A DNA stretch of 64,000 bases from an uncultured Planctomycetaceae bacterium. GTDB lineage: Bacteria; Planctomycetota; Planctomycetia; Pirellulales; PALSA-1355. The translations under genes and the position numbers were made by a program. The stretch covers positions 25,951 through 89,950 of the forward strand of contig CAWCAX010000004.1 of NCBI GenBank assembly GCA_963793635.1, written 5' to 3'. The notes beneath the pieces are model-generated. The model worked only from the letters and a program-made list of their open reading frames with translations, made no database searches and had not been told where the DNA came from. Positions 38,767 through 48,905 of this stretch are shown here, piece by piece (position 1 is the first letter of the stretch; every line of letters begins with the position of its first letter).

Positions 38767-39903
38767 CTATTCGCGCAGGGGTTCGGAGGTGAACACGGCC
38801 CAAGGCACAAAAATCATCAGCGGCAGCCAGGCGGCCAGCGACGGGCTGAGCAGGTAATAGTTCGAGCCCAGATACTGGCAGGTCAGGACCACGCCCATGA
38901 ACCAGATCACCAGGACCACGCTTAGCCCGATGGCCAGGAACATGTTGCGGTTCTTGCGCGAAAGCACCAGCGGCAGACCCAGTAGCAGCAAGGTCACGTC
39001 GAGCAATGGCTGCACGAGTCGCGAATGAATCGCCACGCGCACATCCGCGCCGAAATCCAGACTGCGATTGTGCAAGCCCTTGATCAGTTCGACCAGCGAG
39101 GAATATTGCCGCCAGGCCGTGCCCCCCTCGAGCTGCTCGAAGCCGACGCCGCTGGCCACAAAACATTGCCCCGGCTCGAGCCAGGGAGTATCGGCTGGCG
39201 TCAGGATCACCGGCTTGCCGTTCACTTTGAGCGAGGGCAGTTGATCCAGCCGCTTGGGTTGATCGAGATCTGCAAACAGGTAGCCGCCCGGCCGATCGCC
39301 TTGCGGCGGTTTGTAGAAAGCCTTGTCGGCGACGAGGTGCTTGCCGTATTTGTCGAGCGGCTTGCGCAGGAAGAAGTTGGGCGCGACGATGCTCTGGTCC
39401 GCGGCGCTGGTTTCCGCCCCGCCGAACAAGACTTCGGTTTCGTTATCGTAGCGTGGCTGAAGCGGTTGGGCCTTGCGGCCGTTGAGGTTTTGGGCATTGT
39501 GGCTCAGATTGCCGCGAACCCTGGGGATGATCAGCTCCCGGTTGATCGCCGCCAGCAAAGCGATAATCGCCACAGCGACGATCACCGGCTTGATGACGCG
39601 CCCCTTGGAGATTCCGGCCGCTTCCAGGGCCGTGAGTTCCTGATGGCTCTGGATCGCGGTCACGGTGAACATGGCCGCGATCAGGGTCAGAATGCCGCTC
39701 GTGCGATCGAAAAACGAAAGCGAGCGGTAGGCGTAGTACTCGCCCATCACCGACAGCAAGCTGCCGTGCTTCTCGGAATACAGGATGAAGTCGTCCAGGT
39801 TGCTGAAGCCGTCGATGACAATATACAGACCGGTCAAGCTGCAAAAACAGATGACAAAAGTCCGCAAGAACTGTTGCAGCAAGTAGTGATCGATAATTTG
39901 CAT
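38767..39903 (-). CDS. LptF/LptG-family (YjgP/YjgQ) permease
   Basis: MQIIDHYLLQQFLRTFVICFCSLTGLYIVIDGFSNLDDF..., with a periplasmic middle domain and C-terminal TM helices. The 378-aa ORF is intact. Confidence 0.85.
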   Translation of the reverse strand: MQIIDHYLLQQFLRTFVICFCSLTGLYIVIDGFSNLDDFILYSEKHGSLLSVMGEYYAYRSLSFFDRTSGILTLIAAMFTVTAIQSHQELTALEAAGISKGRVIKPVIVAVAIIALLAAINRELIIPRVRGNLSHNAQNLNGRKAQPLQPRYDNETEVLFGGAETSAADQSIVAPNFFLRKPLDKYGKHLVADKAFYKPPQGDRPGGYLFADLDQPKRLDQLPSLKVNGKPVILTPADTPWLEPGQCFVASGVGFEQLEGGTAWRQYSSLVELIKGLHNRSLDFGADVRVAIHSRLVQPLLDVTLLLLGLPLVLSRKNRNMFLAIGLSVVLVIWFMGVVLTCQYLGSNYYLLSPSLAAWLPLMIFVPWAVFTSEPLRE

Positions 39904-39937
39904 GACAACCCGGCGCTCGCTGCGGTCCTAACACCCC

Positions 39938-39997
39938 GTTGAAAAATGCCATCGTGGCATTTTTCAACCTCGCCAAGTGCGGAGCGAAGCTCCGCAC
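39938..39997. repeat. two adjacent perfect hairpins between the aminotransferase stop and the lptF/G-like start
   Basis: Hairpin 1: GTTGAAAAATGCCA-TCG-TGGCATTTTTCAAC (14-bp stem, 39938-39968). Hairpin 2: GTGCGGAGC-GAA-GCTCCGCAC (9-bp stem, 39977-39997). Confidence 0.7.
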
Positions 39998-40080
39998 GGC
40001 TGGCAAACTAACGACTTGCGTTGTCATTTTTGGATCGCATCCCAGCGATCACGCAGCCCGTTGAATACTTCAACAGGCTG

Positions 40081-41367
40081 CTAACCCTCGACACAGGCAT
40101 GCGCATGGCGAATGGCCCGCGACAGGGCTTCTACGCCACGGCGGATCTGCGGTGCGCCTTGCACGCCAAAACTTAAGCGGATCGTGTTCTTTTCCACGGC
40201 CTGTCCCTCGGCCGGAAAACAATATTCGCCTGGCACGTAGAGCATGCCTTCGGCCAGTGCCGCGTCGAACAGCGTGCCGCTGGGGCCGGCGTCGATGCCC
40301 TCGGGCAGCCGCAGCCAGACATACAACCCGCCCGTCGGTCGCAGCCAACTGACGCCCGGCAACTCGGCCAGAAATTCGTCCGCGGCCGAGAGCATGGCCT
40401 CCATTTTGGTGTCGGTAATGTTGTCGCAGGGCCGCGACGTGCGGCTGGAACAAGTCGAGCTCCAGCACCGCGGTCATCACCCGCTGCGCAAAGTGCGGCG
40501 AGCCGAAATCGATGTTGCCTTTCAGATCGGCGATCGGCTCCACCAATTCGGGCGGCAGAATGCCCCAGCCGACGCGCACGCCGGGCGAAAACGATTTGGA
40601 AAACGTCTCCGCCACGATCACCGTGTCGCCGCTCGGGTCGTAACTGCGCAAGCTCGGCAAATCCGGGCCGCGATAGCGCAGCTCGCGGTAGGCCGCATCT
40701 TCGATGATGTAGATCTTGGATTTGCGCGACCAGCGCTGGGCCATTTCCACCAACTGCGGCCGCCGCTCGTCCGCAAGCGAAATGCTGGTCGGGTTGTCGA
40801 AGTAACTGGTGACATAAATTGCTTTCACCCGCTCAAGCTCGCCAAGCCGTTCCAGCTCCGCGAGTTGCTCCTCGAGCGCCGCCGGAACCAAGCCCCGCTC
40901 GTCGCTGGCGACTCCCAGGCGCGGGCCCCCAGATTTCCGAGAATGCCCAGGAAAACGAAATAGCTGGGAGCGGCGCAAAGCACGATGTCGCCCGGGTCGA
41001 GCAGGGCCTCGGCCACCAGATGCAGCAGCTGGTTGCTGCCGGCGGTCAGCAGCACTTGTTCGATCGACAGCCGGCTCTGCCCGGCCGTTCGTCCGTCCGC
41101 TTGGCAGAACCGATCGAGCACCATCTGGCGCAAGCGGGCGTCCCCGGCCGTCGAGCCATATTGCAACGCGGCACGGGCGTAAGTCGGCTCTGCCAGCACG
41201 CGCTCCACGGCTTGCCGCGTGGCATCGACCGGCAACGTGGACTGATCGACAAAACCGGCCGCCAAGGAAATCAGGCCCGGATTGGCCAGCGCAAGATGCA
41301 TCAGCCGGCTGATGGGCTGGCCCCCCGCCAATTGGGCGCGCTGACTGAAATTTGGAGCGGCAGCCAT
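40081..41367 (-). CDS. PLP-dependent aminotransferase, class I/II fold; 2 frame corrections
   Basis: The N-terminal piece is MAAAPNFSQRAQ..ISLAAGFVD..YGSTAGDARLRQ (40825..41436). The middle piece is IIEDAAYRELRY..ETFSKSFSPGVRVGW, carrying the PLP lysine (40070..40978). The C-terminal piece is GGLYVWLRLPEG (40081..40404). Confidence 0.8.
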
Positions 41368-41580
41368 GGTGCGAAGCTTTTGAGGGCCGGGCGAAATGTC
41401 AAGCGGAAGATATGCTAAATCCTTGCAGCAAGTCAAGATGGGTCAAGCGTGTCGCCCCGGCATTCTACGCCTAATCTGCATGATCGACATACGTTTCCGC
41501 ATGCGGTGCCCCGCTGGCGGCAGCCGGACCCCGGTTCGGCGAGTTGCCGGCCGCCCGCGGTCTATGTTTGAGCAGCAGAA

Positions 41581-43059
41581 ATGCGCGACGTAGCGGATGT
41601 GAGACAGACGCCCTTGATGAGTGTTGCGATGGATTTTTTCGCTGCCATTGGCGGTACCCTGGCCCTGGTGTGGGGAGCGGTGTTGCTGCGTTTCGGGGGA
41701 CTGCTGGCCGGCTGTCTGCTGGTGTTGCTGACGGGCATCTGTTTCGGCCACCCGTTCTTCAATGTGTCGCTGGGGCCGTTGCCGGTGACGATCGACCGGG
41801 TCTTGCTCGGTTTGCTTTTAGTCTTGACGCTGGTGTATCGCCGCTTGGGCTGGATCGAACCCAAACCCTTCACGAAAGCCGACTGGGCTCTGGTCGGCTT
41901 CACCGCCGCGCTGGTCGTGAGCACCTTGACCAGCGATTGGCAGATCAAGAAGTCTCAGCCGCTGGCCAGCCTGTTGTTTTTATACCTGGTGCCCCTCGCG
42001 CTGTACTGGATTGTGCGGCAGGTGGCCGTCACCGAGCGTGCGCTGTGGGGCCTGTTTGCGGCGCTGGGTGTGTTCGGCCTGTACCTGGCCGTGACCGCGA
42101 TCGCCGAAACACATCAGGTTTGGGCCCTCGTCTACCCGAGCTACATCGCCTCGCCCGAGTTCTTGGAGTTTTTCGGACGCGGACGGGGGCCGCTGTTGAA
42201 TCCGGCCGGTTCGGGAATTCTGCAAGGGCTATGCCTGGCCGGTGCGTTGATGTGCTGGCCGCGTCTGAACCGCGTGGGCCAACTGTTGGTGCTGGCCCTG
42301 ATGCCGCTCTTTGCCTGGGGCATTTACAGCACGTTCACACGCAGCGCCTGGCTGGGCGCGGCTTTGGGAACCTTCGTCATCATCGCGCTGTCGCTTCCGC
42401 GCGTCTGGCGGTCGGCCGTGATCGGCACGATCGTGCTGGCCTCGCTGCCGATCGTGGCAATGAATTGGGATAGCTTGCTGGCTTTCAAGCGGGATAAGGA
42501 ACTGAGCGCCGAGGAGGCAGCCGAGAGTGCCCGCTTGCGACCGATTCTGGCGGTGGTCGCCTGGCACATGTTTCAGGACCGGCCGCTGTTGGGCTGCGGT
42601 TTTGGACAGTATGCCATCGAATGCCGGCCTTACCTCTCGGACCGCTCGACCGACTTGCCGCTGGAGAAGGTGCGTCCCTATGTGCAGCACAACGTGCTCT
42701 TGGCCCTGCTGGCCGAAACCGGACTGGTCGGCGCGAGCCTGTTTGTGATCCTGATCGTGCTTTGGCTGCGCCAGGCCTGGCGGCTGTGGCGCTGCCCGCA
42801 GGCGCCGGCCGCATTTCGCCAGTGCGGGCTGTTGTTCATGGCGTTTTTCGGCGTGTGGTTTCCCAACGCGATGTTCCAGGACGTGTTGATTATTCCGATG
42901 ATCAATATGTTGCTGTTGTTCGTGGCCGGCTTGACGCAGAACGTGTCGCTGGGTGTCGCCGGCCTGGGGCTGGCCGATCCGCAGCGGGCGCTCGGACAGT
43001 GTGCCGCCGGGGCAGGCCCCGGATCTGCCGTGGGCCATGTCCGGCTGGCCGGCGGGTAG
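41581..43059 (+). CDS. O-antigen ligase/polymerase (Wzy_C) family membrane protein
   Basis: The protein has 10 or more hydrophobic helices. It carries a Wzy_C-like segment (YSTFTRSAWLGAALGTFVI) and a large loop (RPLLGCGFGQY). The start may instead be at the internal Met (41617). Confidence 0.75.
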   Translation: MRDVADVRQTPLMSVAMDFFAAIGGTLALVWGAVLLRFGGLLAGCLLVLLTGICFGHPFFNVSLGPLPVTIDRVLLGLLLVLTLVYRRLGWIEPKPFTKADWALVGFTAALVVSTLTSDWQIKKSQPLASLLFLYLVPLALYWIVRQVAVTERALWGLFAALGVFGLYLAVTAIAETHQVWALVYPSYIASPEFLEFFGRGRGPLLNPAGSGILQGLCLAGALMCWPRLNRVGQLLVLALMPLFAWGIYSTFTRSAWLGAALGTFVIIALSLPRVWRSAVIGTIVLASLPIVAMNWDSLLAFKRDKELSAEEAAESARLRPILAVVAWHMFQDRPLLGCGFGQYAIECRPYLSDRSTDLPLEKVRPYVQHNVLLALLAETGLVGASLFVILIVLWLRQAWRLWRCPQAPAAFRQCGLLFMAFFGVWFPNAMFQDVLIIPMINMLLLFVAGLTQNVSLGVAGLGLADPQRALGQCAAGAGPGSAVGHVRLAGG

Positions 43060-43083
43060 CGTCTCAATGTCTGAAGGACCTCT

Positions 43084-44129
43084 ATGTCCAGCGCAGTCCG
43101 GGAACTGAAAGCGGCACCGAAGTCCGGGCTGTCGACGCGTGGCCGGCAACCGATGCTCGACGTCATGCGTCTGTTGGCGGCGTATGCCATTGTTTGGCTG
43201 CATTCGCCCCCCTCGGCCGACTTCGCGGGCGCAACCGCCTTGGGGCGTTTCGCCGTGCCGTTTTTCACGGCCGCGGCGGTCTTTCTGACTTGGGACGGCC
43301 TCGCGCGGCAGCCGGATCGCAACGTGGCCCAGTATGTCCGCTCTCGATTTTTGCGGATCTACGTGCCGTTTCTGGCCTGGAGTCTGATCTACCTGGCCTT
43401 CAAGGCGCTCAAGGCGCTGCTGCTGCCCAGTCAGCCCAACGACTTTCCGGGCGCCGAAGTGTTTTGGCTGGGCTCGTTCTTCCACTTGTGGTTCATGCCA
43501 TTCATTCTGGCGATCACGCTGGCGGTGTTTTTCGTGGGGCGAAAGGTCATCGGCCGCGCCGGTCGCGAAAATTTCACCTTGGCCGTTTGCCTTCTGCTTG
43601 GTTGGCAGATCGCCTGGTTGCCGGTCGATCGATCGGGATCGAGCTCCAGCTTTTGGCAATTGGCCCTCGACGCCCTGCCCGCGGCCTTGTGGGGCGTGGC
43701 GCTGGCCATCGCCTGGCAGCGCGGCGCTGCCGATTGGCTGCGGCGGCGAACTGTAAGTTGGGCCGGCTTAGCATTCAGCGTGCTGCTGACGGCGGCGGTC
43801 TGTTATTTGCTGCGCAATCGCCTGGCGGAAAACCTGGCCGGGGTGGCCCTGCTGGTGTTTGCCTTGGGCGATTGGCGCTGTGCGCCGAGGCCCTGGTTGG
43901 GGGCCGCATGCCGCTGCTGGATCGGATTGCCCAGCTCGGGTCGCTGGCCTATGGCATTTACCTGTCGCATCTGCTAATCATCAAGACGCTGCAAGCGCTG
44001 GCGGCCAGGTTGGCGATGCCGGAAACCGTGGCGGTGGTCCTGGGTGTATTTACGATCGCCGCCCTGGGCAGTACGCTGCTTGCCTGGTGCCTGAGCCGAT
44101 CGCGCTGGACTCGCTGGCTGGTCGGATAG
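43084..44129 (+). CDS. acyltransferase family 3 (OafA-like) membrane protein; one frame correction near 43880
   Basis: The N-terminal piece is MLDVMRLLAAYAIVWLHS..RFLRIYVPFLAWSLIY (ORF 43084..). The C-terminal piece LGSLAYGIYLSHLLII is in the frame of ORF 42621..44129. Confidence 0.75.
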
Positions 44130-44218
44130 ACTGGCGGCCGGCCCGGTGCCGGTTTCTACATCGGCGGATTGCTCCGACTTTCTGCATCGACTCCTCAAGC
44201 GCAACTTGGAGTTACTCC

Positions 44219-45156
44219 ATGAGATTTGTGTGCAGCCTGTTGCTCGGCGGGATTACGCTCGCCATGTTGGCCACGGCGACTCGCGCCGACGACGGACCCG
44301 CGCTGAAGCAAGACGTTGTGTATGGACGGAAGGTCGGCATGGCCTTGACCATGGACGTGTATCAGCCGGCGAAAAAAAATGCCAATGGCGCCGCCATCGT
44401 GTTCGTGGTCAGCGGCGGATGGATTTCAAGCCGCGAGATGTACAACACCTACAATCAGGCATTCACTCAGGAGTTCGTGAAGCGCAGGCTACACCGTGTT
44501 TGCGGTTTTTCACGGCGCGCAGCCGCGGTTTACGATTCCCGAAGCCGTCGCCAACATCCATCGGGCCGTGCGCTACATTCGCCGTAATGCCGCGCAATAC
44601 GGCATCGATCCCACGCGCATCGGCATCTGTGGCGCAGTCCGCCGGAGGACACCTGTCGTTGATGCTGGGCACGGGCGGCGATCTGGGAGACCCGGCGGCC
44701 CAAGACCCGGTGGATCAAACCTCCAGCCGCGTCCAGGCCGTGGCCTGTCTGTTTCCCCCGACGGACTTCCTGAACTACGGCGGCAAGGACAAAAACGCTT
44801 TCAATCTTGACGGAGTCCTGGCGGCCTTGCGGCCGGCGGTCGACTTCCACGAAATGGACCCCAACACCAAGCGGCTGGAGCGGATCACCGACGAAACCAA
44901 AATTACCCAGCGGCTGCGTGATATCTCGCCGGTTACGCACATCAGCGCCTGGTCGGCGCCGACCCTCATCATTCACGGCGATGCCGACAATATCGTGCCG
45001 CTTCAGCAGGCAGAAGTGTTTGTCACCAGGCTTAAGGCAGCCGGAGTGCCGGCCGAACTCGTCGTCCGACCCGGACAGGGGCACGGTTGGCCGGACAGCA
45101 CCAAAGACCTGGATGCCTTGGCGGATTGGTTCGACAAGTATCTCACTAAGAAATGA
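44219..45156 (+). CDS. secreted alpha/beta-hydrolase (esterase/peptidase S9-like); 2 frame corrections
   Basis: The signal peptide is MRFVCSLLLGGITLAMLATATRA. The nucleophile elbow is GQSAGGHL. Also present: IIHGDADNIVP and GHGW. The pieces lie in ORFs 43859.., 44496.. and 44146..45156. Confidence 0.75.
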
Positions 45157-45187
45157 CAGCGGGCGTCACACCTTCGCGAACTGCTTT

Positions 45188-46309
45188 CTAATAGGATCGC
45201 GGCAAGTGCTCGGTCAGCCAGCGGACCGTCTGTTCCCACATCAGCGGCGTATAAATGTGCCCCTGCTCCGGGTAGATGATGCTGCGGAAGCGCGCGGCGG
45301 GATTTCCGCCGTACAGTGCGTAAACGCGCGTCACCGCCGACTCGATCTGGTGAATGCCTTCGACCGGCGAGCCTTTGTCCTGTCCGCCGTTCATGACCAA
45401 TAGCGGCCGGGGGGCTGCCAGGGCGACCACGGCTTCGCTGTCGAAATAATTGAGCATGCCCGGCACAAAGTAATAGATGCCGTGGGCATACAGGGACTGG
45501 GCGGCAATCAAATCGCGATAACGCGTCAGGCAATCCACGGCTACGCCCGCTTTGAGTCGTTCATCCAGGGCCATCAGCCACCAGGTACGCGTGGCGCCCA
45601 TGCTGATGCCCGTCACGCCGATCCGCGACGTGTCCACCTCGGGCCGGGTGCACAGATAATCGAGCGCCAGTAGATCGTCGCGGAGCATCATGCCCCACAA
45701 CGTGCGACCGAACCAAAGATTGAACTTGGCGGCGGTCATCTCGCCGGCCGCGCCTTTTTCCGCGGGCCCATCCGGCCCCTTGCCGTTCCGCTCGCCGAAG
45801 CAATAGGCGTCGACCGCGATCACCACGAAGCCGGCCTTGGCCAGCGCCGGGCCTGAAGCCACGGGCACGGCGTTGGTTTGAAACAGCTCCTCCTTGCCAA
45901 TGTCGTATTGGCCGCCGTGCCAATGGCAATAGAGCACGGCCGGCAACTTTTGCGGATTGCGGCTCATATCGCGCTTGGGTAGCAGCAGATATCCCGGCAC
46001 GGTCGCGCCGGCGGCGTTGTCGAACTCGAACTTTTCCAGTACGTAATCGCCGTGATCCTGGCGCGAGAGCGTCTTGACTTCGAGCTTCTCGGGCCGTGGC
46101 GGCAGTTTGCCCAGCAGCTTCCAGAGTCTGGCGCGGATCTCCAACCGCCGGGATGCCCACTCGTCTCGCGAGGAGGGAATTTCGAATTTGGGAGTTGACG
46201 TCGCCGCTGCCAGCCAGTCGCCGGTCATCGGTTCCTCGGCCAGCGACGGCGCGGATTGCAGCCACAAAGCGACACAGCAACACACTCCCATCAAGACCTT
46301 CGAATCCAT
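45188..46309 (-). CDS. secreted alpha/beta-hydrolase (dienelactone hydrolase / acetyl-xylan-esterase-like)
   Basis: The start is at MDSKVLMGVCCCVALWLQSAPSLA. The nucleophile elbow is GISMGAT, and the C-terminal His lies in EQGHIY. The frame is intact. Confidence 0.75.
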   Translation of the reverse strand: MDSKVLMGVCCCVALWLQSAPSLAEEPMTGDWLAAATSTPKFEIPSSRDEWASRRLEIRARLWKLLGKLPPRPEKLEVKTLSRQDHGDYVLEKFEFDNAAGATVPGYLLLPKRDMSRNPQKLPAVLYCHWHGGQYDIGKEELFQTNAVPVASGPALAKAGFVVIAVDAYCFGERNGKGPDGPAEKGAAGEMTAAKFNLWFGRTLWGMMLRDDLLALDYLCTRPEVDTSRIGVTGISMGATRTWWLMALDERLKAGVAVDCLTRYRDLIAAQSLYAHGIYYFVPGMLNYFDSEAVVALAAPRPLLVMNGGQDKGSPVEGIHQIESAVTRVYALYGGNPAARFRSIIYPEQGHIYTPLMWEQTVRWLTEHLPRSY

Positions 46310-46546
46310 TTCCGCTCCTCGCCGGCCGGGCAGTCGGGGCAAACCGGCCGAACCATGCGCCGGTTCGATCCCCTCAAGCACTGGTCCAATTATGTATGGC
46401 GGCAGGAGCAAATCCATCCTTTTTTCAAAGACCGGAAGAAAAGACTTTAGGATTTCTGACAATTGGTTTTAACTCGTTATGGGACGCGCGTTAACGACTC
46501 TTGGCGTGACCCCGACGCATCGTCCGCGCTCGCTAACGTCGTTTTT

Positions 46547-46573
46547 CATCCTTCACCCTTCTGCCTTCATCCT
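46547..46573. repeat. dispersed 27-nt repeat, copy 2 (inverted relative to copy 1)
   Basis: TCATCCTTCACCCTTCTGCCTTCATCC. Its reverse complement matches 24826-24852 at 25 of 27 positions. It sits in a divergent intergenic region. Confidence 0.7.
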
Positions 46574-46646
46574 TCCTAGGCGCCCCGCAGTGCGGTATCT
46601 TGAATTCAGTCGACCGCGCCGATCCTTACCTCATGGCCTTCCACAC

Positions 46647-47552
46647 GTGAATCCTGCTTTGCAAACCGCCGGCCTCTCGACGCCCACTGCCGCGCAGCCG
46701 CGGTCGTCACGCCGTCGTTGGCTGAAGCGGGCCGCCTGGGGCACCGGAGCAGTGCTGGCCGGCTGTGCGATCGACGCGCTGGCGATCGAGCCGACCTGGT
46801 TGGAACTCGTCCAGCGCGACATGCCCATCCGGGGATTGCCCGCGCACTGGGCGGGACGCACGCTCGCGCAGCTCAGCGATCTGCACATCGGGCATCGCGT
46901 CAGCGACTCCTTTTTGTTGGAATCCTTCGCGCGCGTGGAAAAACTGCGGCCGGACGTGGTGGCCATCACGGGCGATTTCCTCTCGCTCGATCCCGACGGC
47001 CTGCCGCCCCTGGAACAGGTAGACCGCATCGGCCGCCAACTGCCTCGCGGCCGGATCGCCACCGTGGCAATCCTGGGCAATCACGACTATGGAAAGGGTT
47101 GGTCGCAGCCAGCGGTGGCCAACCAGGTTGTCGATATCGTGAACGGATGGGATGTGCGCGTGCTGCGCGATCAAACTGCCGACCTGGATGGCCTGCAAAT
47201 CGTGGGGCTGGATGAATTGTTGGCCGGCCGCTGCGATATTCGCGGCGGACTCGCCACTTCGAGCGCCGAAGCCGCGCGGGTCGTACTATGCCACAATCCG
47301 GACGCGGCCGACCGTTCGGGTTGGGGCGACTTTCAAGGCTGGATTCTTGCCGGCCATACGCACGGCGGTCAATGCAAGCCGCCGTTTCTTCCGGCGCCGA
47401 TCGTGCCGGTGGCCAATCGCCGCTATATCGCCGGCGAGGTCGACTTGTTCGACGGGCGCACGATGTACATAAACCGCGCTTTAGGGCACGGCTATCGCGT
47501 CCGCTTCAACGTCCGGCCCGAGATTACGATGTTTCGCTTGGTCGCGGGATGA
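46647..47552 (+). CDS. TAT-signal metallophosphoesterase (calcineurin-like)
   Basis: A twin-arginine motif (SRRRWLKRAAWGTGAVLAG) is followed by SDLHIG, ITGDF, LGNHDYG and AGHTHGG. The start is uncertain; the GTG at 46647 was chosen so that the upstream repeat is excluded. Confidence 0.8.
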   Translation: MNPALQTAGLSTPTAAQPRSSRRRWLKRAAWGTGAVLAGCAIDALAIEPTWLELVQRDMPIRGLPAHWAGRTLAQLSDLHIGHRVSDSFLLESFARVEKLRPDVVAITGDFLSLDPDGLPPLEQVDRIGRQLPRGRIATVAILGNHDYGKGWSQPAVANQVVDIVNGWDVRVLRDQTADLDGLQIVGLDELLAGRCDIRGGLATSSAEAARVVLCHNPDAADRSGWGDFQGWILAGHTHGGQCKPPFLPAPIVPVANRRYIAGEVDLFDGRTMYINRALGHGYRVRFNVRPEITMFRLVAG

Positions 47553-47646
47553 GCTGCCACTGGCGGGGTTCGTCGCTGGTGGCCGTATGGTGGGTGAAGC
47601 CCTACGGCCGGTCAGCCTGAGTAGCGGGCGCTGGTCGTAATGCTTT

Positions 47647-47805
47647 CTACGGAAAGACCACCACGGCCCTCTCGACGATCGAGTCAATGGTTGCGTCGAT
47701 CAGTCGGTCGACAATATTATCGACGGCTGGAGCCTGCGGCGCAAGCACAATCGAAATGGCAGACATCATCCTGAGCGAGAACGACCAGCGGCGGGGAGGG
47801 GTCAT
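47647..47805 (-). CDS. hypothetical 52-aa protein
   Basis: MTPPRRWSFSLRMMSAISIVLAPQAPAVDNIVDRLIDATIDSIVERAVVVFP. Its ATG overlaps the stop of the upstream gene (ATGA at 47802-47805). The local sequence is AT-richer. Confidence 0.3.
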   Translation of the reverse strand: MTPPRRWSFSLRMMSAISIVLAPQAPAVDNIVDRLIDATIDSIVERAVVVFP

Positions 47806-48116
47806 GGTGTGGAGCTCGTAATTTCGATATAGCTGCTGCTCAGCAGCAACTTCACGCTGCCGTCCGGACTTGTGATCCAGGCATCGTGGTCTGAATCTAA
47901 CTCGACCACGGGAAGGGCCAAGCCGGCAATCGGCCCGATGCCGATCGCTACACCGTTTTCTGGGTACGCCAGAGCGTAGTCGCGAGCCAGTCGCTCCCAT
48001 GTCTGGGTGGAAAAGACTCCGCGGCCGGAATGAGAAACCGTGAGCAAGTAGTCGCCGCTTGGGTCAAATGCCGCCGCCACCAATCCGCCCATAAGGATGC
48101 CGCGAGTCATGCCCAT
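47802..48116 (-). CDS. hypothetical 104-aa protein
   Basis: MGMTRGILMGGLVAAAFDPSGDYLLTVSHSGRGVFSTQTWERL... I recognise no family. It is translationally coupled to the 52-aa ORF. Confidence 0.4.
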   Translation of the reverse strand: MGMTRGILMGGLVAAAFDPSGDYLLTVSHSGRGVFSTQTWERLARDYALAYPENGVAIGIGPIAGLALPVVELDSDHDAWITSPDGSVKLLLSSSYIEITSSTP

Positions 48117-48651
48117 TAGTCTACCCGAGCGGCGGGGCGGGGAGAGAGGCAATGCCTTCAGGAGCGGGAGCCGAGGCGCAGTGCTCCGCCCGGAAAACAA
48201 AAAATTTCCGTCCCGAACTCGCCCCGTTTAACTGGCGTTTGAGCAACCGTTCGCCGCACGACTGCACCATTCGTCGCACAGCTTCCAACACCCTCAAACA
48301 AAAATTCTTGTGTGCGTAAGCTATGCACACTTATTCGTAACTATAATTAGATATTTATCTTACGGAGTTTTACAATTTGCAATGCGTCGGGGCGTCCCGG
48401 ATCCATTTATTGCCTCCCATTTGAACGTCAAGTACCATAGGAATGAGGCCAGCGTGGCCACAACAGAAGTGGGGGGTTGCGGCTAGGTTACTCGCCCTGT
48501 TCCGCCGTTGCGTGGCGGGACAAAGGCCTGCTTTTGGTACGGAAGCCTGTGAAAAAGCATGTTCAAATGGAACTTACGATTAACTCGGCCGCCAAGGGCG
48601 GCTTAATTTTGCGCATGCCAGCTAACAGGCCCCCTTCGGTCGATAAGACGA

Positions 48652-48903
48652 ATGGCACAGCGCCCGAGGCACCCATCCCAAGACATCGAACTGGCCGTTC
48701 AGTTTGCACTGGCGCATGGGTGGCGATGGGAAAAGGCCGGCAAGTCCTCCCATGCCTGGGGAAAAATAATGTGCCCCGGCGGGGCTCGTGGGTCCTGTCA
48801 GTATTGGGTAAATGGCACCCCATCCAATCCGCCTGGGATTGCCAGATTGATCCGAAGAAAAGTTGATAATTGCCCACACTACTCCGAGAAGGAAGGGGAA
48901 TAG
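48652..48903 (+). CDS. small Cys/His-containing protein with a HicA-like core (GW..K.G.SSH)
   Basis: MAQRPRHPSQDIELAVQFALAHGWRWEKAGKSSHAWGKIMCPGGARGSCQYWVNGTPSNPPGIARLIRRKVDNCPHY. Its stop lies 2 nt before the next ATG. Confidence 0.4.
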   Translation: MAQRPRHPSQDIELAVQFALAHGWRWEKAGKSSHAWGKIMCPGGARGSCQYWVNGTPSNPPGIARLIRRKVDNCPHYSEKEGE

Positions 48904-48905
48904 CC

